Assembly: GCA_040755855.1 (NCBI GenBank)
Contig: JBFMAD010000002.1
Span: 1-64,000, forward strand
Reading direction: 5' to 3'
Length of the DNA stretch: 64,000 bases
From: Planctomycetota bacterium
GTDB taxonomy: Bacteria > Planctomycetota > Brocadiia > JAADGH01
The translations under genes were made by a program, and so were the position numbers. The notes under the pieces are model-generated. The model was not told the DNA's origin. It was given only the letters and a program-made list of their open reading frames with translations, and searched no databases. Positions within the stretch are counted from its first letter, which is position 1. Every line of letters starts with the position of its first letter. Positions 19,943-29,192 of the stretch are shown in pieces.

Positions 19943-22900
19943 GGACCACAAGACTGCAAGCGTGCGCCCTATCTTTTTGTGTGCTAACGACTTACGTGGT
20001 CATGGCGGCCGACGAGCGCCCCGGATGGGTGAACGCGAAGGACTGCGGCGCGTCGGGATCGGTGTTCGAGACCACGGCCTCGACGGCCGCCGAGTCGAAG
20101 GAGATTGTCGTCAAGGACGTCGGTGATTTCAAGGCTGGCCAGGGCGTGATGATCTCGAGATGCAACCCGCACTACGAGCGCTGCTTCCTCAAGCCGCCGG
20201 ACAATCCCTACGCCGTGCCGCCGCTCGGCGATGCGGCGGAACTGCGCGGCTACGACGGCAGCATCGGCAGTTGGCTGGTGTTTCTTGTCGAGATCAACAG
20301 CGCCGAGCCGCTCACGTTCCGCTGGAGCGATGACATGGCGCGCACCTGGAAGGGGGAGAAGGTCCCCGTCACCTATGACTGGCAGCCGCTCAGCAGCGGC
20401 GTGGAAATCAAGCTCAAGAAACGGGAATGGCAGCCGGGCCACATGATTACGTTCCAGGCGCGCGACCAGTTGGTCAGCAAGATCGAGAAGATCGAGGGTA
20501 ACGTGCTGACGCTCGCGCACGCGGCGACGCGGACAGCGACGGATGCGGTGGTGCGGCATTGTGACAGCGACGCGCTCCAAGCGGCCGTCACGCGCGCCTT
20601 GAAGGAAAAACAAAACGTTTTCATTCCGGCAGGCCACTATCGGCTGACGACCGGGCTTTCCGTGAACAACGCCGCCGGCATCGTGGTCGAAGGCGCCAGC
20701 GGCGCGGAAACCGTGCTCGACATCTCAGAGGGTTGCAACGCGTGCGTGAGTCTCCGCGGCGGCGCCGAGGTCACCGTGCGCAACCTGCGGATGGTCGGTC
20801 ACACCGGCTTGGGCGAGGGGCCGGGCTGGCGCAGTTTCCGCACGAGCAGCGGCAAATCCTGCTGGCCTGTCGGCCTGAAGCCGTGTGCGGCCATGTATAT
20901 CCGCAACACCGAGCGGGTGCTTATCGAGAACTGCCACGCGAGCAAGATGAACTGCGAGGCGTTCTACTGCCAGGGCGATTCGCGCGTCGGCAGCCGCGAA
21001 CCGAAGGAATATACAAAGTCCCTCACCTACCTGCGCTGCTCGGCGACGAACTGCGACGGCAACGGCTTCAACAACAACGACATGGCCGAGAACACCAGCC
21101 TGCTCTACTGCCGCATCGTGGACGTGGGCGGGTGCTCGTGGGAGGGCGCGTCGCGCTTCGTCAAGATCATCGGCAACTACGTCTGCAACGCCGGGCCGAT
21201 CGCCATGGGGAATATCCGATCCCGCGCCGAGCATTTCGAGCAGCTCGGCTCGGGGCAGCATATTGTGGCGAACAATGTGTTCGAACGCCGCCGGTTCTAT
21301 GCGGGGCGGCCCGGAAACTTCATCATCTGCGCCTCGGCCGGCGCAAATCAGGTCGTCATCGCAAACAACCTCTTCATCAACTTCAACTCCTCCGGCGTGC
21401 ACTTCTCCGGCGCAACCAGCGACCGTGATCTCCCCACCAAGAATGGGACCATCACCGGGAATATCTTCGACATGACCTGCCAGGACGAGGAGTCGCTGTC
21501 GCGGACGGCCATCCAGGTCAGCGCGTCGGACGCGATCGTCGGCGACAACCAGATCTACATCCGGGGGCAGTGCGATCCGAAGGTCACCGGGATCCAACTC
21601 ACGGAGCCTGCCCTGAACCTCAACGTCCATGACAACCTGATTCGGAACTGCGCCGTGGGCGTCCTCGCGGACTGCGCGCGGTCGCGAGTCGGCGAGATTA
21701 TAGATTCGCGAACCTTTATCCCGGGATCGAGCGCCGTTACCCTGGAGCACCGCCGGTCGCATCGCTACCGCGGGTGGAACATGGCCTGGTTTGCCGGGGC
21801 CAAGCCGAACGGCGTTTCCGTCGTCGAGGCGTTCGATCCGGAGACATGCCGGTTCACGCTGGTCGAGCCGCGCAAGATGAGCGCGGGCGAGTCCTTCGAG
21901 GTCTTTCCACCGTATGGCGCGAACTGGAACATTCACAGCAACACCATCGCCGGCTGCCTTCGTCCGGTGGTCCTCGATTCGTACGGAAGTCCGACGTCTA
22001 TCTTGAAAGACAACATCATCTCGCGCGGAGACGCCACGGGCGTCGAGCAGGCCGTGTCCGTGAGCGGGCAGTTTGTGATCATCGGCAATCAAATCTCCGG
22101 CTTCAACGAGAAGGATGCGGCGGCGCTGGCCCTTAACCCGGACCGTGTCGGGCGGAAATGCAGACGCATCTTCCGCAAGAACATTCTTCAGGATTGTGCG
22201 AACGTGGTGAAAGAGGCCGAAGATGGCCTGTGGAAATCGGCGGTCACCGACGGGAACCTGTTCATCCAGTGCGGCGGCGCGCCCGAGCCGGCGGCGGAAA
22301 AATCCGTCGAGCAGGAGATCACGCCCGTGGTGATTCAGCCGCCGAAGAAGCCGGAGTTCCTCGCCCCCAGGCTCGCGGCCCCGGTGAAGATAGACGGCGA
22401 CGTGGCGGAGTGGCCGTGGCAGGACAAGGCCCGCGTGGTGAATCTGGAGCGCGACCCGGCGGGCGGTTTGATCTCGTCGCCCAAGGGCCAGGCCTGCGCG
22501 GCCTTCGATGACGGCAATCTCTATCTCGCCATTCGGTTCGACCTGCCCAAAGGTGCGAAGCTCCAGCCCAAGGGCGGTTTCGACCAGGGCGACGGCGTGG
22601 AGGTCTCCTTCCGCAACGCCGACCCGAAACACCCGACGCCGATCCTTTTGCTCTGGGGTTCGGCGAGTGGGACGCACGAGGGCAGCACGGCTATGGGCGC
22701 CTCGGCGGAGCAGGCCGAGGCCCTGAGGAAGGCCACGACTTACGCCGCGAAGCAGACCCCGACCGGCTGGTCGTGCGAGTGGCATATACCCTTCAGCGCC
22801 ATGGGGTTAAAGGCTGCGGACATCGAGACGCTGCTCTTCAATCTGGGCCTGAGCTGCACCGCCACCGGCTCCTGGCTCGCCTGGGCCCCGACGGGCGGGC

Positions 22901-22983
22901 GGCTGTGCGATGTGGACAAGGCAGGTGAACTCGTCATGGAAGGGAAAGGCCCCGCGCCGCAGCCGGGCAAGGAACAAAAATGA
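19939..22983 (+). CDS. Right-handed beta-helix protein with C-terminal CBM9-like domain, paralog 4
   Basis: Same core plus PVKIDGDVAEW, D..NLYLAI, GDGVEV and WSCEW.IPF motifs. Confidence 0.8.
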   Translation: MRTTRLQACALSFCVLTTYVVMAADERPGWVNAKDCGASGSVFETTASTAAESKEIVVKDVGDFKAGQGVMISRCNPHYERCFLKPPDNPYAVPPLGDAAELRGYDGSIGSWLVFLVEINSAEPLTFRWSDDMARTWKGEKVPVTYDWQPLSSGVEIKLKKREWQPGHMITFQARDQLVSKIEKIEGNVLTLAHAATRTATDAVVRHCDSDALQAAVTRALKEKQNVFIPAGHYRLTTGLSVNNAAGIVVEGASGAETVLDISEGCNACVSLRGGAEVTVRNLRMVGHTGLGEGPGWRSFRTSSGKSCWPVGLKPCAAMYIRNTERVLIENCHASKMNCEAFYCQGDSRVGSREPKEYTKSLTYLRCSATNCDGNGFNNNDMAENTSLLYCRIVDVGGCSWEGASRFVKIIGNYVCNAGPIAMGNIRSRAEHFEQLGSGQHIVANNVFERRRFYAGRPGNFIICASAGANQVVIANNLFINFNSSGVHFSGATSDRDLPTKNGTITGNIFDMTCQDEESLSRTAIQVSASDAIVGDNQIYIRGQCDPKVTGIQLTEPALNLNVHDNLIRNCAVGVLADCARSRVGEIIDSRTFIPGSSAVTLEHRRSHRYRGWNMAWFAGAKPNGVSVVEAFDPETCRFTLVEPRKMSAGESFEVFPPYGANWNIHSNTIAGCLRPVVLDSYGSPTSILKDNIISRGDATGVEQAVSVSGQFVIIGNQISGFNEKDAAALALNPDRVGRKCRRIFRKNILQDCANVVKEAEDGLWKSAVTDGNLFIQCGGAPEPAAEKSVEQEITPVVIQPPKKPEFLAPRLAAPVKIDGDVAEWPWQDKARVVNLERDPAGGLISSPKGQACAAFDDGNLYLAIRFDLPKGAKLQPKGGFDQGDGVEVSFRNADPKHPTPILLLWGSASGTHEGSTAMGASAEQAEALRKATTYAAKQTPTGWSCEWHIPFSAMGLKAADIETLLFNLGLSCTATGSWLAWAPTGGRLCDVDKAGELVMEGKGPAPQPGKEQK

Positions 22984-24317
22984 AATTCGGATTTGGGAAA
23001 ATTGACATCACCCCGCGCATAGGCGTCGGCCTCTATGGCTACGGGCCGTATCTCTGCCGGTTTTCGAACAAGATTCGCGATCGCTTGTATGCGCGCGCCC
23101 TTGCCGCCTCCGACGACGGCCGGACGGTTGTCCTCGCCAGTTGCGATCTCGTCGGAGTTGCCGGTGAGGTAACCGAAGAAGTCCGGGAGAGGGTAAGCAA
23201 CCGGACCGGCCTGCCCGGCGACAGCATCATGGTCCATTGCACGCACACCCACTGCGGCCCGCGAACGAAGTACGGCATCGGTCAGGGCATGCTCGACGAC
23301 CCCTATGTGGAGATCCTCCCCGTCCGCGTCGCCGAGGCGTGCATCCAGGCCGTGCAGAATCTGTCCGATGGCGCGTTGCACCGCGCCGTCGTCGCCGCCG
23401 AGGGCATCGGCTACAGCCGCGAACACGATGTGCGCCCCCGCCTGGACGAAGCCCTGAAGGAGACGTGGCGTCCGGCCAAGCCGGAGCTGACCGACACGGA
23501 GGCGCAGGTCTTCCGCATTGATCGCGCCGGTATGATGGCCGGCTTCTTTTCTTACTTCTCCTGTCATCCGGTGGTTGGCTCGGCGGATTGCCGGGCGATC
23601 CATGGCGACTACTGCGGCGTGGCGACCAACCTGATCGAGCAGGAGCGCCCTGGGACCGTCGGCCTGTTCCTCCAGGGCTGCCACGGCAACATCAACACGT
23701 GCGTCGTGCATCACCCCGAACAGGAATCGCTGCTCGCGCTGGATGTGATCGCCTCCCGCTACGCCCGCAGTGTGCGGGCGGGGATCGAATCGGCGGAACG
23801 CCTCGACGGTTCGGGCGTACGAAGCATCCTCAAATCTATTCGGATCAAGCGTGCGCCCCTGCCGATGGAGAAACTCCGGCAGGCCCTCGCCGAAAGCGAA
23901 AAGGTCGTCAAGGCCCCTGCCGCATCGGACGGGAATGCAAACGTGCGAGGGCACGTCGTCCGCCTGAAGGCCCTGCGGAAAGAGATCGCCCGCCAGGAGG
24001 CCGGCATCGAGTTCGATGAGAACGTGGCAATCCATGGCTTGCGCATTGGGGACATCACGATGGTCGGCGCGCCGTTCGAGATCGCCCACCGCTACAAGCG
24101 CCGCGTCCAGGCCGTGACCGGCGATCGCACCCTTGTCCTGAGCCTGGTTGATGATTCCATCGGCTACGCGCCCGAACGGGAGGCGTTCGCGCGGGAGGGC
24201 AACTACGCCGCGAGCACTGTGCCGTATCTGCTCGGCTATCCACCCTTTTCCCCCGACATCGAGGACACACTGGTCGGCGCATTCATCGGGATGGATGCCG
24301 AGCTGCGTGGGTCGTAG
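22980..24317 (+). CDS. Neutral/alkaline ceramidase-like hydrolase (no signal peptide)
   Basis: GFGKIDITP, LYARAL, CTHTHCGP, FSCHP, GDYCG and FLQGCHGNIN motifs. Confidence 0.78.
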   Translation: MKFGFGKIDITPRIGVGLYGYGPYLCRFSNKIRDRLYARALAASDDGRTVVLASCDLVGVAGEVTEEVRERVSNRTGLPGDSIMVHCTHTHCGPRTKYGIGQGMLDDPYVEILPVRVAEACIQAVQNLSDGALHRAVVAAEGIGYSREHDVRPRLDEALKETWRPAKPELTDTEAQVFRIDRAGMMAGFFSYFSCHPVVGSADCRAIHGDYCGVATNLIEQERPGTVGLFLQGCHGNINTCVVHHPEQESLLALDVIASRYARSVRAGIESAERLDGSGVRSILKSIRIKRAPLPMEKLRQALAESEKVVKAPAASDGNANVRGHVVRLKALRKEIARQEAGIEFDENVAIHGLRIGDITMVGAPFEIAHRYKRRVQAVTGDRTLVLSLVDDSIGYAPEREAFAREGNYAASTVPYLLGYPPFSPDIEDTLVGAFIGMDAELRGS

Positions 24318-24428
24318 CCTCGATGGCGGCTTCCTTTTTGCCTTTCCTTGCGCGTTTGGTTCGGATATGCTATCGCCGACGCATGGATGGCGTTTTGTCA
24401 TTAACTTGCGATCGGATAGAGTAAGCCC

Positions 24429-25616
24429 ATGACCGACCTGAAGTCGTTTGATTTTTCGCTGCGAACCCGAATCGTCTTCGGCCCGGGACGGTTGATCGAG
24501 CTGGGGGGCCTTGCCAGGGACTTGGGCGGCAGGGCCATGCTTGTCCTCTACGAGGACGCTTCCGGCCTGGACGAGTACGTCGCGGTTGCCGAGCAGTCGC
24601 TGCTCGCGAGCGGCGTAGATGTCATTCGCTTCGAGCGCGTCCAATCCGACCCCCAGGTTGCCGTCGCCGAGGAGGGGGCGCGGACCGCGCGGCGCGAAGA
24701 GGTTGACCTTGTCATCGGCATCGGCGGCGGCAGCGTGCTCGACACGGCGAAGGGCATCGCCCTCCTGGCAAAAAATCCCGGCGGCGCGTGGGATTATGTC
24801 ATGTGCAACCCGAACCGGCGGGCGCCCGGTCCGCCGCTGCCGAAGGTCCTCATCCCCACCACTTCCGGCACAGGCAGCGAGGTGTCCCCCTCCGCTGTGT
24901 TCACCGATCCCGATCGAGATATGAAGGGCACAATCGTGTCGCCGATGAACGCCCCTGACATCGCCTTGATTGACCCGCGCCTCACCCTCGGCATGTCGCC
25001 CGAACTCACCGCGGCCTGCGGCGCCGATGCGCTCGGACACTGCTTGGAGTGCTACATCTCGAAGAACCGAACGCCCCTTGGACAGGCCTTCGCCCATGAG
25101 GGCGTTCGCCTTGCGGCGCGGTACCTCCGTGCGGTGGTCCATGACGGGGGAGACATCTTTGCGCGGTCGGGCATGGCCCTCGCGGCCATGTACGGCGGCC
25201 TTGGCCTATCCTACTCCGCCGCCATCGGGACGCACTCCCTCGCCCACGCCATGGGCGCGCTGCTGCACGCGCCGCACGGCCTGTGCGTCGGCCTGATCGA
25301 GCCGCACATGCTTCGACATTGTCTCACCGACTGCACGGCCGACTACGCGACGCTTGCGCCCCTGTTCGGCATCGAGCGGCGAGGCCGGAACGACGAGGCG
25401 GTCGCGCGGAATTTTGTCGCCGCCGTGACCGACCTCCTCCGCGCCGTCGGCATCCCGGAGCGGATCAGGGTGAAGCAGGAGCAGACGACGGGTGAATTTG
25501 CGCGGGCCATTGCGAAGAACGCCAGGGCCTCCACCCCAAAGTCCATCGAGTTCACGCCCGCCCCCCTCTCGACCGACGACCTTGTGGAAATCTACCTCAA
25601 CGTCGTGCAGTCGTGA
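24429..25616 (+). CDS. Iron-containing alcohol dehydrogenase
   Basis: GGGSVLDTAK, PTTSGTGSE, DALGH, HSLAH and PHG motifs. Confidence 0.9.
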   Translation: MTDLKSFDFSLRTRIVFGPGRLIELGGLARDLGGRAMLVLYEDASGLDEYVAVAEQSLLASGVDVIRFERVQSDPQVAVAEEGARTARREEVDLVIGIGGGSVLDTAKGIALLAKNPGGAWDYVMCNPNRRAPGPPLPKVLIPTTSGTGSEVSPSAVFTDPDRDMKGTIVSPMNAPDIALIDPRLTLGMSPELTAACGADALGHCLECYISKNRTPLGQAFAHEGVRLAARYLRAVVHDGGDIFARSGMALAAMYGGLGLSYSAAIGTHSLAHAMGALLHAPHGLCVGLIEPHMLRHCLTDCTADYATLAPLFGIERRGRNDEAVARNFVAAVTDLLRAVGIPERIRVKQEQTTGEFARAIAKNARASTPKSIEFTPAPLSTDDLVEIYLNVVQS

Positions 25617-25631
25617 GTCTGGCGGATGGGA

Positions 25632-27824
25632 CTATTCCGCGGGGAGGATGCGGAAGTTGTCGAACCAGAACTGCTGCCCCTTCATCCCGTTGCCCATCGT
25701 GTAGAAGCGAAACATCTGGAGCAGCTTTACGTTCGGGAAGACCTCGCGGATCAGGCGCGCGTCAATGGCGACCTCGTGCCACTGGTCGTCGGCGATGAGG
25801 GCGTATCGGTTCAGGTCGGTGTAACCGCCCGCCTTCCGCGCCTCCGTCCCGCCCACGCACACCATGCCGCGACCGGTTGACGCGCCCTTGAAGGCGCAGA
25901 GCCATAGCCCGACCGGTACGCCCTTGGGGATGCGGTACGAGAACGTCACCGTCGGGAACCGGTCAATGTCCCACCATCGGGGGCGGATGTCGCACGAGAG
26001 GTCGGCCTTATCGTCCGTGGCGAAGATGCGCATGGAACGCTTGCCCGACGCGGCGGTCGCGTCGTCCATGCGGGCTTCGGTGTTGCGCTGGCGAGAGAAG
26101 TTCCAGTAGTAGTGCCATTCCTCCAGGTTCTCCGGCTCGAAGTCGGTGGCGACGACGGGTTGCGTGGCCGTCTCCATCGTGACCAGGCGCAGGCCCTTCG
26201 GGACGGCCGGGCCGGTGTCCATGCCCGACTCATACGCCCCGAGGTCGGGGGCGTTGCCGGCATAGGGGAGCGAAACGCCGTCGCCCTTTGCCCACGAGAT
26301 GTCGCGGTCGAGGGTGAGGGTGTTCGTCTCGATATTCGCATTTGCGACAATCGCCTCCTTCTTCTCCGGACCGATGACGATCCTGTCGCCCTGCTCGCCC
26401 GGGATGCCGAAGCCGTCGTAGAACCAACGGGCGTCGTCCACCGGCATCTGCCGGCCCGACCCCGCCTCGCGCGCGTGGGCGAGCGGCTGCCCCGCATCAA
26501 TGCACGGGCTGCCGTCGCGCAGGTGATAGTCGTCGGCCTCGGGGTCGGCAAAGACCGGATCGGCGTCAATGTTGCCGGTGAACTGCCTGGGCATCTTCGC
26601 GTTCGCCTCGGCTGCGGTCATGCGGAGGTCGTTCCACCGGTTTACATCCTTCGAGTAGTCTAACTCGCCATAGCGGATCGTCCTGCAGCCCGGCCTGTCG
26701 CCGAAGAAATCGTTGAAGCGGAAGAGATTGTCCTCTGCGATATTTGCCTGGATAAAAAGGGCCAGGCCGTCGCCGCCGGGGTCGTTCTGCGCGAAGATGT
26801 TGTTCTGGAACACGTTCCCCGCCACATAGTGCCGGCCCATCTTCTGCCAGTCCCCGTAGTCCACCATCTGGAAGCCGTATTCGTGGTTGCGGAACCACGT
26901 GTTGTGGTAGAGGCGCGAGCGGGTCATCTCGAAGATGGTCTCGCCGCCGCGGACCTTGTAGGCGTTGATGACCATCGGGCCGTAGTGGTTGCGGAAGATG
27001 ACGTTGCGCCGGACGATGGAGTCAATGACAAAGAGCTTCGCCCGACCGTCCGCCGAGCCGGAGCCGTCGAAGCCGTTCGTCACGACGCACCGCTCCATGA
27101 GGAGGCGCGGCGTGGAGAAGTATTCGAAGTTCCTCCCCCATCGGCAGTCGAAGACGCACTCGCGCACCACATTGTGCGGGCAGTCCGTCCACAGACCGAA
27201 GGGCCGGTGCCCCGCGCGGCTGAGGTGGATGCGGAGGAAGATGTTGTGCGTGCTGTCGTAGTTGTTCCACATGTCGCCGTGGACGTGGCCGTACTCGCCG
27301 ATGTTGTTGGAGCGCAGGCAGACCAGATCCTCGTAGCGGTTGTAACGGCAGTCCCGACACTCGATGGGGCTGTAGCTCTTCGTCGCATTCTCCATCTTGC
27401 ACTTGCGAACGACGCAGTGCTTCGCGGACGTCAGGCGCATCCACCCGCCGACATCGGGTAGCATAGAGAACCCTTCGATGACGACATGCTCCTTCTGGTT
27501 CAGCCAGACGCACAGGTCTTTCCCGTCGTTCACCTTCCCGCCGGTCAGGACGGCGCCGAGGGGGTTCTGGGCGCAATAGGTGATCGGCGCGTCCTTGGTC
27601 CCCGACTGGGCCGGCTCGATGACGCCGGCGTACTTGCCGTCGAGGAATGTTACCGTATCGCCTGGTTTCACCGACTGATTCGCCTTTGCGACGGTCTGCC
27701 AGGGCTGCTCGCGCGTGCCGGGGGCGTTGTCACTGCCCGCCGGCGAGACAAAATACTCTTCGGCGAGCAATGGGCACGTCAGCAGAAATGCGGCGGCCAC
27801 AATGGACAAGTGAGAGGTCTTCAT
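25632..27824 (-). CDS. Secreted beta-helix protein (DUF1565/PL9-like start) with C-terminal sugar-binding-like domain
   Basis: YFVSPAGSDNAPGT..QPW.T..KA...PGDTV..G.Y; DYHL..GSPCIDAG; PDLGAYE. Confidence 0.8.
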   Translation of the reverse strand: MKTSHLSIVAAAFLLTCPLLAEEYFVSPAGSDNAPGTREQPWQTVAKANQSVKPGDTVTFLDGKYAGVIEPAQSGTKDAPITYCAQNPLGAVLTGGKVNDGKDLCVWLNQKEHVVIEGFSMLPDVGGWMRLTSAKHCVVRKCKMENATKSYSPIECRDCRYNRYEDLVCLRSNNIGEYGHVHGDMWNNYDSTHNIFLRIHLSRAGHRPFGLWTDCPHNVVRECVFDCRWGRNFEYFSTPRLLMERCVVTNGFDGSGSADGRAKLFVIDSIVRRNVIFRNHYGPMVINAYKVRGGETIFEMTRSRLYHNTWFRNHEYGFQMVDYGDWQKMGRHYVAGNVFQNNIFAQNDPGGDGLALFIQANIAEDNLFRFNDFFGDRPGCRTIRYGELDYSKDVNRWNDLRMTAAEANAKMPRQFTGNIDADPVFADPEADDYHLRDGSPCIDAGQPLAHAREAGSGRQMPVDDARWFYDGFGIPGEQGDRIVIGPEKKEAIVANANIETNTLTLDRDISWAKGDGVSLPYAGNAPDLGAYESGMDTGPAVPKGLRLVTMETATQPVVATDFEPENLEEWHYYWNFSRQRNTEARMDDATAASGKRSMRIFATDDKADLSCDIRPRWWDIDRFPTVTFSYRIPKGVPVGLWLCAFKGASTGRGMVCVGGTEARKAGGYTDLNRYALIADDQWHEVAIDARLIREVFPNVKLLQMFRFYTMGNGMKGQQFWFDNFRILPAE

Positions 27825-27839
27825 GTGCGTGACTCCATG

Positions 27840-29192
27840 TCAATACACCAGGTCCCGAAAGTTACGCACCGTATGGAACGTGATGAGGTCGCCGTCGTGC
27901 GCGTTCTTGGCACGGTCGTCGCCGGAGCGCGAGAGGACGTGCAGGTTGTCGCCGTCAATGGCCATGCTTGCGTAGTGGCGGCTCTCGCGCGGGGTCTTGC
28001 CGATGGCGACCATCCCCGCAAAGCACCAGTCCACCATGTTCCGCGAGAAGTGCAGTTGCAGGCGATGCCGCTCATTGTTCGGCAGGTTGTACCGATCCTC
28101 CGGCAGGAGGTCGGGGCGGGTCATCGAATCGGTCGCTTGCGAGCTGAGCAGCCAGTAGAGTTTCGTCTTCTCGTCGTAGAGCACGTGGAACCGCATCTGC
28201 CCGCCGGGGCAGGGGACGTAGGCCATGGCCTTTCCCGATGGGGCCTTCTCCAGCATGGTGGTCATGGCGCCGTCGTCGTTCTCGACCGCCTTGCAGATCG
28301 CGGCCAAGTTCGTCCCGCCGGTGTGGGCGCGCATCCAGAGATGGAACGTCTTGCCCTTCGGGTCATACCACACATGATTCGGGTCCACGAACTGCACGAC
28401 GTTGGTCTCCAACCAGCCGATGGGCGACATGCCGCGCTTCGGGGCGGCGGCGATCGTGAGACGCGGGTCCATCGGAAAGAACGGCACGCCGAAGTAGTCG
28501 AGCTTGCGATAGTCAACGGCGTCCTCGAAGACCAGCTCCGAGGCGAAGGTCCAGCTCTCCCGCTTCGTCAGGTCGGCGTCCACCTTCGCCCGCATCAGCA
28601 CCGGGGCAAGGGCGGCGACCGCCCAGCCCTTGATCTGCCGCGGGGCGCGCTTCTCCATGACGAGATAGACGCAGCCGTTGGCGTAGTGCACATTGCAGGC
28701 CGACTGGTGCCAGCTTTCCCCGTGGGTCAGGGCGACCGGCTCGGACCACGTCTCGCCGTTGTCGTCGGAGCGGAGGAGGACCAGGTCGCCCGAGTGTCCG
28801 AGGACATAGCACGACTTCCCCGCCGCGAAGGGCCGGGCGTGGACGAAGGGGAAGTCGCCGCGATGGGTCCAGGTGCGGCCGTGGTCATCCGACGTGAAAA
28901 TTTTTCCGCGCCTGACGATAGTCTTCCCGTCCGCCTTTTTCACGACCATCCCCGGCAGGTCCTTCACGCCGACTCCGCCCAGGTCCATCGTCGCCACGAG
29001 CCGTCCGATCGGCAAGCAGGCGAGGCCGGGGCTGTAGCAGTAGATCGTGGCCGGGTCGGGCGACTCATACACCACCACATAGTCATCTGCCAGGGGCCTG
29101 ATCCGGTGCGGGGCGTCGCCGGCGATAACCATCGAGCAAAAGAACAGACCGAGTACTATCACGATCCATAGGGTCATAAGGAATTCCTTCAC
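27840..29192 (-). CDS. Sialidase/BNR (Asp-box) family protein
   Basis: Asp-boxes SDDHGRTW and SDDNGETW; hydrophobic N-terminus. Confidence 0.75.
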   Translation of the reverse strand: MKEFLMTLWIVIVLGLFFCSMVIAGDAPHRIRPLADDYVVVYESPDPATIYCYSPGLACLPIGRLVATMDLGGVGVKDLPGMVVKKADGKTIVRRGKIFTSDDHGRTWTHRGDFPFVHARPFAAGKSCYVLGHSGDLVLLRSDDNGETWSEPVALTHGESWHQSACNVHYANGCVYLVMEKRAPRQIKGWAVAALAPVLMRAKVDADLTKRESWTFASELVFEDAVDYRKLDYFGVPFFPMDPRLTIAAAPKRGMSPIGWLETNVVQFVDPNHVWYDPKGKTFHLWMRAHTGGTNLAAICKAVENDDGAMTTMLEKAPSGKAMAYVPCPGGQMRFHVLYDEKTKLYWLLSSQATDSMTRPDLLPEDRYNLPNNERHRLQLHFSRNMVDWCFAGMVAIGKTPRESRHYASMAIDGDNLHVLSRSGDDRAKNAHDGDLITFHTVRNFRDLVY

